From contig CAWAAX010000006.1 in NCBI GenBank assembly GCA_963780225.1, positions 148,603-212,602 of the forward strand: DNA of 64,000 nt. The letters are read 5' to 3'. Shown piece by piece: positions 1-9,484 of this stretch. The position numbers and the translations under genes were made by a program. This DNA is from an uncultured bacterium (GTDB lineage Bacteria > Edwardsbacteria > AC1 > EtOH8). Under the pieces are notes generated by a model, which was given only the letters and a program-made list of their open reading frames with translations, did not search any database and had not been told where the DNA came from. Every line of letters starts with the position of its first letter. Position 1 is the first letter of the stretch.

Positions 1-2
1 CC

Positions 3-1358
3 AACTACGTCTTTCACAACTTCTTTATCGGGCCCAACAACCGCCTGGCATTTTCTGCTGCCCTGAAGGTATCAGAGGAACCTGGGAGGATCTACAATCC
101 TCTGGTGATCTACGGCGGAGTGGGCCTGGGAAAGACCCACCTGCTACATGCGGTAGGTAATGCCGTGGCCCTGTCTCATCCGGAATATAAAATTGAAATC
201 CTGGCCGGAAGCCAGCTGGTGGTGGGCGATTTGGCCCGGGCCGAGCAGTCCGACCTGCTGTTGTTTGACGATCTCCACCTAGGCCTGCACCAGCGCGATG
301 TCCAGGCAAGATTGTTGCCTCTGTTTGACCGGATGATAGGCTCGGGGCGGCAGATTGTAATCACCACTGACATGCATCCCCAGAAAATAGAAGCACTGGA
401 CCCCAAACTACTTTCCCGGCTTTTAGGAGGGGTGTTTGTGGTACTAAAGGAGATAGAACTTAGGGAAAAGGGGTTAATCCTTTATAAAAAAGCCGAGGCC
501 CGCGGGCAAATTCTGCCTGAAGACGTTTTACATCTGATCGCTTCCCGGGTCTCTTCCAATATCCGGGAGATAGAGGGAGCCTTGAACCGGGTATTGCTGT
601 ATTCTTCACTGATGGAGGGCCCGGTTACCAAAGATACGGTGGATGAAGCATTGCCCCCGGCGGTTTCGGCCGAGGTACAGCCGGAACCGGAATCGGCAGA
701 GGCCGCTAAAGAACCAGCGGCCAAACCAGAAGGTGAGTTCGGGGCGTTTGTGTCCGGGTTGGATGACCGGATGCTGAATATGTTAACGGAACAACAGGAT
801 ACTGAAAAGATCCGGCGGGAATATAAAGAGAAGATTTACATCTGGAAGATGAAGGGCTTTAACACTATCTCGGTGGAACTGTCATTGGATAAGGATATTT
901 CAGTCTTGTCTTCGGAATACGATAAATACACGGTCAATGTAGAACGGCTGATTGACTTGCAACAGCAGTTTGGACAGATGGCCGCCAAGTCAACCCCGGA
1001 AGAAATATCCCAGATCGAGTCGGTATTGTTTGATCCTGAACAAACAGATAAATTGGAGCAATTGGTTAAAAGCCTTTCCCAAAGATTAAGCGGAGGTAAC
1101 AGCAAAACTTTGCCGCAAACAGAGGCGGCGGTGACAACTTCGCCGTTGGATCCCCCTAAACCAGAATCGCCAGAACTGCCAGTCCAGCCTGCTATTCTCA
1201 TAACTAAACCGGTCCCGGAAATAAAAACAGAACATCAGGCTGTAAAATTACCGGAGTCCGTAGCCCAATCCAAACCGGACGATATTTTAGCGGAAAAGGC
1301 CGGTATCATTGAAGAAAGCTGGCCCTGGTTGGCCGACAGACTGATGGAAGAATTTTAA
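3..1358 (+). CDS. DnaA/Hda-like AAA+ protein, 5' truncated by the window edge; lacks DnaA domain IV, not the true initiator
   Basis: Frame is open from base 3 (NYVFHNFFIGPNNRLA...YNPLVIYGGVGLGKTHLL); Walker A, LLLFDD, SRL, NIREIEGAL; C-terminal half is unrelated coiled/Pro-rich sequence ending WPWLADRLMEEF. Confidence 0.8.
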   Translation, partial: NYVFHNFFIGPNNRLAFSAALKVSEEPGRIYNPLVIYGGVGLGKTHLLHAVGNAVALSHPEYKIEILAGSQLVVGDLARAEQSDLLLFDDLHLGLHQRDVQARLLPLFDRMIGSGRQIVITTDMHPQKIEALDPKLLSRLLGGVFVVLKEIELREKGLILYKKAEARGQILPEDVLHLIASRVSSNIREIEGALNRVLLYSSLMEGPVTKDTVDEALPPAVSAEVQPEPESAEAAKEPAAKPEGEFGAFVSGLDDRMLNMLTEQQDTEKIRREYKEKIYIWKMKGFNTISVELSLDKDISVLSSEYDKYTVNVERLIDLQQQFGQMAAKSTPEEISQIESVLFDPEQTDKLEQLVKSLSQRLSGGNSKTLPQTEAAVTTSPLDPPKPESPELPVQPAILITKPVPEIKTEHQAVKLPESVAQSKPDDILAEKAGIIEESWPWLADRLMEEF

Positions 1359-1428
1359 TGACTCTTCAGTCAATAAGACATTAAGACACAAAACCATATT
1401 TTTAGACTAGTGCCCAAAAGGAAAGGGG

Positions 1429-1652
1429 ATTTATCCGCCTACGCAGAACACCGCCCCGATATATCGGGGCGGATGAATGCGCAAATAAAAGATGCTTCCA
1501 CCTACGCTAATGCTGCGGCGGACAGGTCGGTGGATGTCGCTGATTACACAAGTCGGATAGCCCCGCCCTGGGCGGGGTAACCTAAGGTTTGGTACTACGC
1601 CTACGTACCTCTACTCCGGCGCACAAGCACTGCTATGCCCGTGGGGCTCCAT
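1429..1652. mobile_element. Non-autonomous palindrome-ended element (IS200/IS605-like PATE), copy 1 with nested insertions
   Basis: Shares ATTTATCCGCCTACGCAGAACACC...GGATGAATGCG and GCTATGCCCGTGGGGCTCCAT ends with 40836-40997; subterminal hairpins. Confidence 0.6.
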
Positions 1653-1813
1653 AATAAGCCTGTTCGCCACCAATCGGAATGTTACTGGGGGGATACTGGG
1701 CCAAAGAAAACATAACTTATTGAAAATTGATTAAAAGAATTATTATCTAATTTATAAACCTGGCGACTCGACGACCGAGTAATTACAAACTTGAAATTCA
1801 TTATTTTAACCAA

Positions 1814-3421
1814 ATGGCGATAAAAGGATCCTTTAAGGAAATAAGCCTGCCCGATGTGCTTCAGTTGTTATCGGTGGGACGCAAGACAGGTTGTCTGAAG
1901 GTTACCGACGGCAAGAATTTTGGCAGCATATATTTCAATGATGGAAAGATATGCTACAGCAACTTGCTGAACCGTCCCGACCGCCTGGGCGACCGTCTGC
2001 TGTCCCGGGGTTTCATCACCAATTCCCAGCTGGAGGAGGCCCTGAAATATCAGCAGACCGACCCGGACGGCCGGCGGCTGGGCGACATTTTGATCCATCT
2101 GGGGCTGTTGACCAAGCAGGATCTGGAGTCCGATGTTTCCCGGCAGATCTCCGATGCCATATTTTACCTGCTGCGCTGGACGGAGGGGGATTTCTTTTTT
2201 GAGCCGGATACTGCGCCCACCGAAGAGACCATTACCGTTTCGTTGGATGTATTGAACCTGCTGCTGGAAGAAGCCCGCCGGATCGATGAATGGAAAAATC
2301 TGGAGGCCAAGCTTCCGGGGAGTCAGATTGTGCTGGAAAAGCTTGTTATAGAAAGCTCCCAGCAGGTGGAGATGGAGCTGAACGAGGAAGAACGTCAGGT
2401 AATGCAGCTGATTGACGGTCGACGTACCATGGGCGAAGTGATGGAAGCTTCTTCACTGGGGGAATTTTTAACCTCCAAGATCATTTATGGTTTGCTGAGG
2501 GCGGGACTGGTAAAACGGGGCAACGAGCGGGCCCGGGCCGCGGCCGGAGCCGGGATTGGCGATGCCGACGAACATCGTAATCTGGGAATTGCTTTTTATA
2601 AGACTCAGATGTACGAAGAAGCTTACCGGGAATACCGGAGGATAGTGGAGATCAATCCGGATGAAGCTGATGCCCGTTTCTATCTGGGCCTGATCCATTT
2701 CCGTAAGGCAGAATATGCCGAGGCCGCCACCGAATTTCTGGAGACCATTGCTATTGAACCCAAAAAAGCCTGTAGTTACAATAATTTGGGCCTGGCCCTG
2801 GAAGCCATGGGAGAATACGATGATGCCACCCGCCAATATAAAAAAGCAGTAGAGATCGAGCCGGAAAGTCTGACGCCAAAACTTAACCTGGCCTACCTGG
2901 CCTGCCGCAAAAAGGAGTGGAGTTCTGCCCAGGATCAGTTGTTGCTGCTGGAACAACAGGGAAAGAAAATACTGTTGGGAAGTTTTCTGCTGGGGCTGGC
3001 GGCTTTTCGCAGCAGCCAGTGGGATTCGGCCTTAGAATACTGGCAGGAATGTTCTAGTGGCGGCCAAATCAATCCAGCCTCCGAAAACAATATCGCCGCC
3101 ATCTGGCAGGCCCGAGGCCAGGTGGAAGAGTCCGAACGTCATTATCAAGCCGCCCTGAAGGTCTCTCCGGAAAACAGGTCTCTACTCCACAATCTTTCCG
3201 AGCTTTATTATCGCAACAGTCTCTGGTCTCAGGCGGTGGATGTGCTTTCCCGGGTGGCCGACATGGGCTTGGCCGATGTTCAGCAGCTTTATAAATTGGG
3301 GAATTTGTGCCTTAAACAAGGGCAAAAAGATAACGCAGTAAAATGGTGGAAAAAGGCGCTGGAGCTGGATCCCTCAAATCAGATGATCAAGCGCAATCTT
3401 GATCTGGCCGAAAAAAAATGA
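1814..3421 (+). CDS. DUF4388 + GSPII-N-like + TPR protein
   Basis: MAIKGSFKEISLPDVLQLL N-terminus, RLGDRL/RLGDIL segments, LLLEEARRIDEW, multiple TPRs. Confidence 0.85.
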   Translation: MAIKGSFKEISLPDVLQLLSVGRKTGCLKVTDGKNFGSIYFNDGKICYSNLLNRPDRLGDRLLSRGFITNSQLEEALKYQQTDPDGRRLGDILIHLGLLTKQDLESDVSRQISDAIFYLLRWTEGDFFFEPDTAPTEETITVSLDVLNLLLEEARRIDEWKNLEAKLPGSQIVLEKLVIESSQQVEMELNEEERQVMQLIDGRRTMGEVMEASSLGEFLTSKIIYGLLRAGLVKRGNERARAAAGAGIGDADEHRNLGIAFYKTQMYEEAYREYRRIVEINPDEADARFYLGLIHFRKAEYAEAATEFLETIAIEPKKACSYNNLGLALEAMGEYDDATRQYKKAVEIEPESLTPKLNLAYLACRKKEWSSAQDQLLLLEQQGKKILLGSFLLGLAAFRSSQWDSALEYWQECSSGGQINPASENNIAAIWQARGQVEESERHYQAALKVSPENRSLLHNLSELYYRNSLWSQAVDVLSRVADMGLADVQQLYKLGNLCLKQGQKDNAVKWWKKALELDPSNQMIKRNLDLAEKK

Positions 3422-4242
3422 TATTCAAAGATGCCATCACCGATCCCCAACTGCTGGACCTAGCCAAAATGATCAATGCTGATACCGGCTTTGATATTCT
3501 GCAGTATAAGGAACGGCCTTTAAAAAGGCGGTTGGCTGTTAGATTAAGGGCCTGCCAGCTCAGCTCTTACCAGGAATACGCCCAAAGGCTGGCCCAGGAT
3601 AAGTCCGAATACCCCAAACTTCTGGATGCCCTGACCATCAATGTTACCAATTTTTACCGCAATCCCGAAACTTTTAAAGCAGTTTCGTCCCTGGTGCTGC
3701 CATCGTTATTGGCCCAACCCGAACAGAGCCGTCCCCTGACAATTTGGAGCGCCGGATGTTCTTCGGGTGAAGAGCCATACAGCTTGGCTATTTTGTGGCG
3801 GGAATTTGCCGGCAGGATTGGCGTTCATCGCCCCTGCCGGATCATTGCCACCGATATTGACCAGCAAAGCATGGAGAAAGCAAGGCGAGGGATTTATGAT
3901 CATAACAGCATGAACGAGATACCTCCCGAACTGATAAATAAATATTTTAATGTATCATCCAAATATTTTATCCTGACCGAGGACATCAAGCGGATGGTGG
4001 AGTACCGGCACTTTGATCTGCTGGAACCCTCACCATTCTCGGGTTTGGACCTGATATTTTGCCGCAATGTGCTGATCTATTTTTCACGGCAGGCCCAGGA
4101 ATATATTTTTGATAGTTTCAAAAAAAGCCTGAGGCCTGGGGGCTTCCTGGTGCTGGGCAAGGTGGAGACACTATTCGGTCAGGCAAAAGAATATTTTACT
4201 ACTTTTGATCTCAAAGAACGGGTTTATAAACTTAACGGATAA
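3418..4242 (+). CDS. cheR: Chemotaxis methyltransferase CheR
   Basis: LTINVTNFYRN, IWSAGCSSGEEPYSLA, DLIFCRNVLIYF. Confidence 0.95.
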   Translation: MIFKDAITDPQLLDLAKMINADTGFDILQYKERPLKRRLAVRLRACQLSSYQEYAQRLAQDKSEYPKLLDALTINVTNFYRNPETFKAVSSLVLPSLLAQPEQSRPLTIWSAGCSSGEEPYSLAILWREFAGRIGVHRPCRIIATDIDQQSMEKARRGIYDHNSMNEIPPELINKYFNVSSKYFILTEDIKRMVEYRHFDLLEPSPFSGLDLIFCRNVLIYFSRQAQEYIFDSFKKSLRPGGFLVLGKVETLFGQAKEYFTTFDLKERVYKLNG

Positions 4243-4259
4243 ATGCGGTTATAAATAAA

Positions 4260-4754
4260 TTGTCTAACGAAGTTATAGTTAAAATAGCAGAACTGCGGGT
4301 GGAGCGGGAACCGGTCATCATTACCACTCATGGGCTGGGTTCTTGTTTGGCCATCATGCTGTATGATCCAGAGGCCCAAATAGGAGGACTGGCTCATGTG
4401 ATGTTGCCGTTGCCGGAGCTGAGCCGGCTAAAGGCCCAGCCTGGCAAGTGCCCCCAGAGCGCCGTAGAACTGATGCTGCAACAGATGGAGGCATTGGGAT
4501 GCAGGCGGGACCGGATCAAGGCCAAGTTGGCCGGTGGTTCCACTATGTTCGCCGGTTTGCTTTTAAACCACAGGAACGGCGGCGTCAATATCGGCCCGCG
4601 GAATGCCCAAGAGGCCAAGCGGGTGCTGAATTCTTTGAACATTCCCATCACGGCCGAGGATATCGGCGGTGATTACGGCCGCACGGTGGAATTCATACTT
4701 TCCACGGGCACAGTGCTGGTCCGTTCTTTTAAGGCTGGTCTTAAGGAAATATAA
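4260..4754 (+). CDS. cheD: Chemoreceptor glutamine deamidase CheD
   Basis: THGLGSC, GGLAHVMLP, AKLAGG, EDIGGDYGRTV; TTG start. Confidence 0.92.
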   Translation: MSNEVIVKIAELRVEREPVIITTHGLGSCLAIMLYDPEAQIGGLAHVMLPLPELSRLKAQPGKCPQSAVELMLQQMEALGCRRDRIKAKLAGGSTMFAGLLLNHRNGGVNIGPRNAQEAKRVLNSLNIPITAEDIGGDYGRTVEFILSTGTVLVRSFKAGLKEI

Positions 4755-4829
4755 CCTGGATCTGTTTTATCTAAAATTTTACTACATCAGAATGATTAAC
4801 CTTCAATAAAACCTAAACATGCGGCTAAA

Positions 4830-5879
4830 ATGATGGCTTCTGGGAAAAATATACGGGTACTGGTGGTTGACGATTCTGCCTTAATGCGGAAAATGGTGGG
4901 CGACATAATATCCGGCACTCCGGGACTGGAAATGGCTGGTACTGCCAATGATGGTTTGGAGTGCCTGGACCAGGTTAAGAAGCTGAGGCCCGACGTAGTG
5001 ACCTTGGATATAGAGATGCCTAATATGGACGGACTGAAGGCATTGGCAAGGCTGATGAGCGAGACTCCGGTGGCAGTTATAATTCTCTCCGCTCATGCGG
5101 TAGAAGGGACGGAGGCAACCTTGCTGGCTCTGGAACTGGGGGCGGTTGATTTCATTACCAAACCATCGGGATCCATCTCTTTGGACATAGAAAAGGTCCG
5201 GCAGCAGTTGGTGGAAAAGGTATTCATGGCGGCCGGGGTGGATCTGGAAAAATTAAAGAACCAGCGCCAGAAGAAAACCGAGCCGGCGGCTATTTATACC
5301 CCGTCCCTGGCCAAGGGCCAAAAGATTGTGGCCATAGGTTCATCCACTGGCGGCACCCGGGCTCTGGCAGAGATCATCCCAAAACTTCCCGGGAACCTTA
5401 ACGCCGGATTGATACTGATTCAGCATATGCCAGTAGGTTTTACCAAGTCCCTAGCCGAAAGACTTTCTTCCCGCAGCCGCATCATGGTCCAGGAAGCCAG
5501 GGAGGGCGACATCGTCAAGCCTGGTTTGGCCCTTTTGGTGCCAGCCGATTATCATCTGACCGTGGACTCATCTGGCCACAATGTCCGGCTTAACCAGGAC
5601 CATCCCCGTTTTGGAGTGCGCCCATCGGTGGACGTTACCATGGAATCTCTGGCGGCCAACGCCAAAGTGCCGGTAGTGGGCGTGATTCTGACCGGGATGG
5701 GGCATGACGGGGCCAACGGAATGGCGGCCATCAAAAGGCAAGGCGGGCATACCATCGCCGAGGACCGCACTACCTGCGTGGTGTTCGGAATGCCTAAATC
5801 GGCAATAGAGACGGGAATGGTGGACCTGGTGTTACCTCTGGACCAGATACCGGGGGCTATAATTGCGGCCTGTTCTTGA
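4830..5879 (+). CDS. cheB: Chemotaxis methylesterase CheB (REC + esterase)
   Basis: VLVVDDSALMR receiver; IGSSTGG, QHMP, ILTGMGHDGA. Confidence 0.95.
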   Translation: MMASGKNIRVLVVDDSALMRKMVGDIISGTPGLEMAGTANDGLECLDQVKKLRPDVVTLDIEMPNMDGLKALARLMSETPVAVIILSAHAVEGTEATLLALELGAVDFITKPSGSISLDIEKVRQQLVEKVFMAAGVDLEKLKNQRQKKTEPAAIYTPSLAKGQKIVAIGSSTGGTRALAEIIPKLPGNLNAGLILIQHMPVGFTKSLAERLSSRSRIMVQEAREGDIVKPGLALLVPADYHLTVDSSGHNVRLNQDHPRFGVRPSVDVTMESLAANAKVPVVGVILTGMGHDGANGMAAIKRQGGHTIAEDRTTCVVFGMPKSAIETGMVDLVLPLDQIPGAIIAACS

Positions 5880-5886
5880 AATTATT

Positions 5887-6015
5887 GTAACTATTCAGCC
5901 ACCTGCGCCAGTTAAGAAAAGTAGTTTATCTTTTATTCCCTTTCGATTTAACTCAGGGCATGCTTTATGCGGCTAACCCCGGTAAATGCTGGTTTAAGTA
6001 TGGCTGAATAGTTGC
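5887..6015. mobile_element. 129-bp MITE with 15-bp terminal inverted repeats and 8-bp target-site duplication
   Basis: GTAACTATTCAGCCA...TGGCTGAATAGTTGC (1 mismatch), flanked on both sides by AAATTATT (5879-5886, 6016-6023). Confidence 0.8.
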
Positions 6016-6041
6016 AAATTATTTGAAAAGGGGAAGCTAAA

Positions 6042-6896
6042 ATGCCGGTGCTGGAAGATATCGTAAAAGATTACCAGGACAAAATCGCGGTCCTCAAAGA
6101 GCGGCTTAAAGTTCCCGAGGCCAAGGATCAGGAGGGGCAGATGGAACGGGAAATCCGCGAATTATATAAAGATATAGCCATAGCCCTGAAGCACCTGTTA
6201 AGCCTGCAGGATTCGGTCAAATCGCTGATCTCGGTCTATAAAGCGGCCTCGGTCAGCGACGATCAGTCCAAACTGCTGATCCGGTCCTTCGTGGAGACCA
6301 TGCGCACCGACAGTTTGGGGAGTTCTACCTATGTGGCCGAAGGCTGGAACCAGATCTGCAGCGGGGAATACGAGAAAGCCATCGGCTCGCTTAGTCACGC
6401 GGTCAAACTAAATCCCACCGACACCAAGGCCATGGGGCTTTTAGGCTGGGCCTACAGTTATCAGGGCAGCTATGATCAGGCTTTGGAGATCTGCCTTAAA
6501 GTCCTGCAACTGGAGCCCAATAACGATGCGGTGCGCAATAATCTGGGTTTTGTTTGCCTTAAAAAACAGATTTACGGTGAGGCCATAGAGCATTTCAGCC
6601 GGGTGCTGAAATCGGGAAAGGACCGGTCGGCAGTGTTGTACTCCCACTATTACATGGGGCTGGTCTACTTAGAAAGACAGATGCTGGATGATGCCATATC
6701 TTTCTTTTCCAAGGCCACGGTGCTGGGGCCGAACCTGATAGAAGCCTACTACCATCTGGGACGGGCTTATTTTCTTAAAAAAATGCCGGGAGCGGCCATC
6801 AGGGAATGGGAAAAATGCATCAAGCTCTCGCCCGGTAACTGGTGGGCCAAGGAAGCCCAGGAGCAGATAGACACATTGAAAAGCGAGGAAGCTTAA
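6042..6896 (+). CDS. Coiled-coil + TPR protein of the chemosensory cluster
   Basis: Helical N-terminus followed by about 5 TPR motifs. Confidence 0.8.
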   Translation: MPVLEDIVKDYQDKIAVLKERLKVPEAKDQEGQMEREIRELYKDIAIALKHLLSLQDSVKSLISVYKAASVSDDQSKLLIRSFVETMRTDSLGSSTYVAEGWNQICSGEYEKAIGSLSHAVKLNPTDTKAMGLLGWAYSYQGSYDQALEICLKVLQLEPNNDAVRNNLGFVCLKKQIYGEAIEHFSRVLKSGKDRSAVLYSHYYMGLVYLERQMLDDAISFFSKATVLGPNLIEAYYHLGRAYFLKKMPGAAIREWEKCIKLSPGNWWAKEAQEQIDTLKSEEA

Positions 6897-6899
6897 AAA

Positions 6900-7325
6900 T
6901 TGGATGCAGCTATCAGCAAAGTCCTGATAGTCCGTTCGGGATCCGAGCGCTATGCTCTGGACATGATGACGGTCCAGGAGGTGGTCTATCATCCCGATAT
7001 AACAATCCTTCCCCAGATCAACGGGTTTATTACCGGAATGTGCCTCTGGCGGGATAAGCAGATACCGGTGGTCGATTTGGGCCTATTCCTGGGGAAGTCA
7101 ATGCCGGCTCGCTCCGGCGATATAGTTGTTACAGTTACTTCCGGAAACGAGGCCGGATTGTTAGTAGAAGAGATCGGTCCCATAGTCGAGATTCCCTTTG
7201 ATGCTTTTATTCCGGTTGACAAAAATTTAGCCCAGGAACAGGAAAAAGTATTACAGGCTTTTGAACATCAGGGGGAACTGGTATTTATTATAGAGTCCAA
7301 GGCTATGATCAAATATTTTTCCTAA
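6900..7325 (+). CDS. cheW: CheW adaptor
   Basis: ERYAL..VQEVV, G...R...IPVVDL, AGLLVEEI. Confidence 0.85.
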   Translation: MDAAISKVLIVRSGSERYALDMMTVQEVVYHPDITILPQINGFITGMCLWRDKQIPVVDLGLFLGKSMPARSGDIVVTVTSGNEAGLLVEEIGPIVEIPFDAFIPVDKNLAQEQEKVLQAFEHQGELVFIIESKAMIKYFS

Positions 7326-7438
7326 TGATTATTGCCAGTGGTGGATTTTTAATAAGGCTGCGATCAGGATAACAAAGTCAGGCCGATGGTTGGATAAAAT
7401 AAATAAAGCAAGCCTAAAAGCGCGGAGATTGATAAATT

Positions 7439-9484
7439 ATGAGTAACAGATCCAAATGGCAAAGCTTATACGCCTGGGCGGTAACGGCCCTGGGCCTGGT
7501 ATTGCTGTTCTATATGCTGAAAGGGGGGATTGGCATACCGCTTTGGCTTATGCTGGCCCTTTTGGTAATAGGCACCGGATGCCAGTGGTTTACGGTGGCC
7601 CTGCCCGGCGGGGTGCATATTTCACTGGACCTGGTAATGGTTTATTTCATTTTTTTGGTGTGGGGCCCGGCTCCGGCAACGTTGGTTATTGCTATCGGCT
7701 CGGTCTTTCACCAGATCAGACGGAAAAAGCCATGGCAAAGGGTTTTCTTTATTGGGGCCCAATTCGTAATGGCCACTTTTTTAATGTCCCAGGCTTTTAT
7801 CCTGATGCAGGGCAAGGGTGGGGCTGATGTTTTGGGGTGGTTAAACATCTTAATCTTGCTGGCAGCTTTGCCGGTCTATATTATATTCAACGACTTTATG
7901 GTGGGGGTCTACCATGTCATCACCGGAGATTTCGGCTGGCCCGAAACCCTTAATATGACCTGGGCTGACCTAAAGATTAATTTGACCCTGGCTCCCATCT
8001 CCATTCTGGCGGTGTTCCTGTATTCCCGGCTGGGCTGGATAGGCCTCTTGGCCATGCTGGTTCCGACCGTCATCATCGGCTGGTCGGCAATGACGTTGCT
8101 GAAGGCCCAGGCAAAAGAAAACAACATTAGTATCGAATCCAAGCTGATCTCCAGTTTTGCTATCGTGCTTTTTTCGGCCTTGACGGCGGTCACTGGTATA
8201 ATGCTGGTAACCATGTACAATATGCTGACCGGTTTTTTACGGCAGGAACTGCTGGTAAGCGATCAGACCCAGTTTTATGCTAATATCATCACGCCTCTTT
8301 TTCAGAAAATGCTAACTAACGTAGTGGTGCTGTTACTGGTCACATTTTTAGTGGTGATCGTTTTAATCCGGGGCTTGATCCGCCGGATGGTTTCTCAGCC
8401 CATTGGGCAGCTGGGCGATATGCTGAAGGACCTGGCCGAAAGCTCTGCCGATCTGACCCGCCGGGTGCAGTATTCGGCTAATGATGAAATAGGACGGCTG
8501 GGACTTCATTTTAATAGTTTTGCCGCTAAGCTGGAAGAACTGGTTAGTATCGTGATGAACACCGCCAACAACGTGGCCGCCACCTCCGAGGAACTGGCGG
8601 CCTCCACCCAGGAGATGAGCGCTTCACAGCAGGAGATCTCCGCCACTTTGCAGAGGGTTTCCCAAGGATCGGCCACCCAGGTCTCGTCGGTCAAAGAAAC
8701 CAAGGATGCCATTAATGAAATATCCTCTTCGGTCGATGAGGTGAACTTAAGCGCCCAGGAAGCGGCCAAATCGGCCAGCCAGGCTTTAGGCATGGCCTCG
8801 GAAGGCGAACTGGCCATGACTGCCATCACCGAGCAAATGGGGAAGATCGATGATACTATGACCCGGCTGTCTTTCGTGATCGGGGGTCTGGAGAAGAAAA
8901 CGGGGGAGATCAGCCAGATCACCGAACTGATCTCGGCGGTAGCCTGGCGCACAAATCTGTTAGCCCTTAATGCGGCCATCGAGGCCGCCCGGGCCGGCGA
9001 ATCCGGCCGGGGTTTTGCGGTGGTGGCCGGCGAAGTGAAAAAGCTGGCCGAGCGAACTGCCTCTGCTACCAAGCAGATAGACGGTCTGATCAAGGAGATC
9101 CAGTCTGAGACCATTCAGACCGTAACCGCCATGCGGGAGGGACTGGTGGAGGTGGGCAATGGCAAACAGCTGGCCGAGAACGGCAATAAAGCATTTTTCC
9201 AGATCATCGAGACGGTAAAAAACTCGTCCGAGGGATCTCTAAAAATATCACAGACCACCGAAGGACAGGTGGAGGGGGCCAAGCGGATCGTGCTGGCCAT
9301 AGAGCAGGTGGAGGCGGTGGCCGAGGAAACGGCTTCGGGCATGGAGCAGACCGCGGCCGCCCATCAGGAACAAATGGCCTCAATGGAGGAGATGACTGCC
9401 AGCGCCCAGGAACTGGCCCGGGCCGCCGAGGAGATGAAACGACTGGTGGGCAACTTTACTGTTAAGGAGGGCCAGAGAAAATGA
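7439..9484 (+). CDS. Methyl-accepting chemotaxis protein with a multi-TM N-terminal sensor
   Basis: Many hydrophobic helices, HAMP (DEIGRL), [26 protein letters not shown]. Confidence 0.92.
   Translation: MSNRSKWQSLYAWAVTALGLVLLFYMLKGGIGIPLWLMLALLVIGTGCQWFTVALPGGVHISLDLVMVYFIFLVWGPAPATLVIAIGSVFHQIRRKKPWQRVFFIGAQFVMATFLMSQAFILMQGKGGADVLGWLNILILLAALPVYIIFNDFMVGVYHVITGDFGWPETLNMTWADLKINLTLAPISILAVFLYSRLGWIGLLAMLVPTVIIGWSAMTLLKAQAKENNISIESKLISSFAIVLFSALTAVTGIMLVTMYNMLTGFLRQELLVSDQTQFYANIITPLFQKMLTNVVVLLLVTFLVVIVLIRGLIRRMVSQPIGQLGDMLKDLAESSADLTRRVQYSANDEIGRLGLHFNSFAAKLEELVSIVMNTANNVAATSEELAASTQEMSASQQEISATLQRVSQGSATQVSSVKETKDAINEISSSVDEVNLSAQEAAKSASQALGMASEGELAMTAITEQMGKIDDTMTRLSFVIGGLEKKTGEISQITELISAVAWRTNLLALNAAIEAARAGESGRGFAVVAGEVKKLAERTASATKQIDGLIKEIQSETIQTVTAMREGLVEVGNGKQLAENGNKAFFQIIETVKNSSEGSLKISQTTEGQVEGAKRIVLAIEQVEAVAEETASGMEQTAAAHQEQMASMEEMTASAQELARAAEEMKRLVGNFTVKEGQRK

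Noticed and set aside
3..1358. Chromosomal initiator dnaA and an adjacent oriC
   Set aside because: No domain IV, no dnaN/recF context, and no cluster of TTATCCACA boxes seen in 1359-1813
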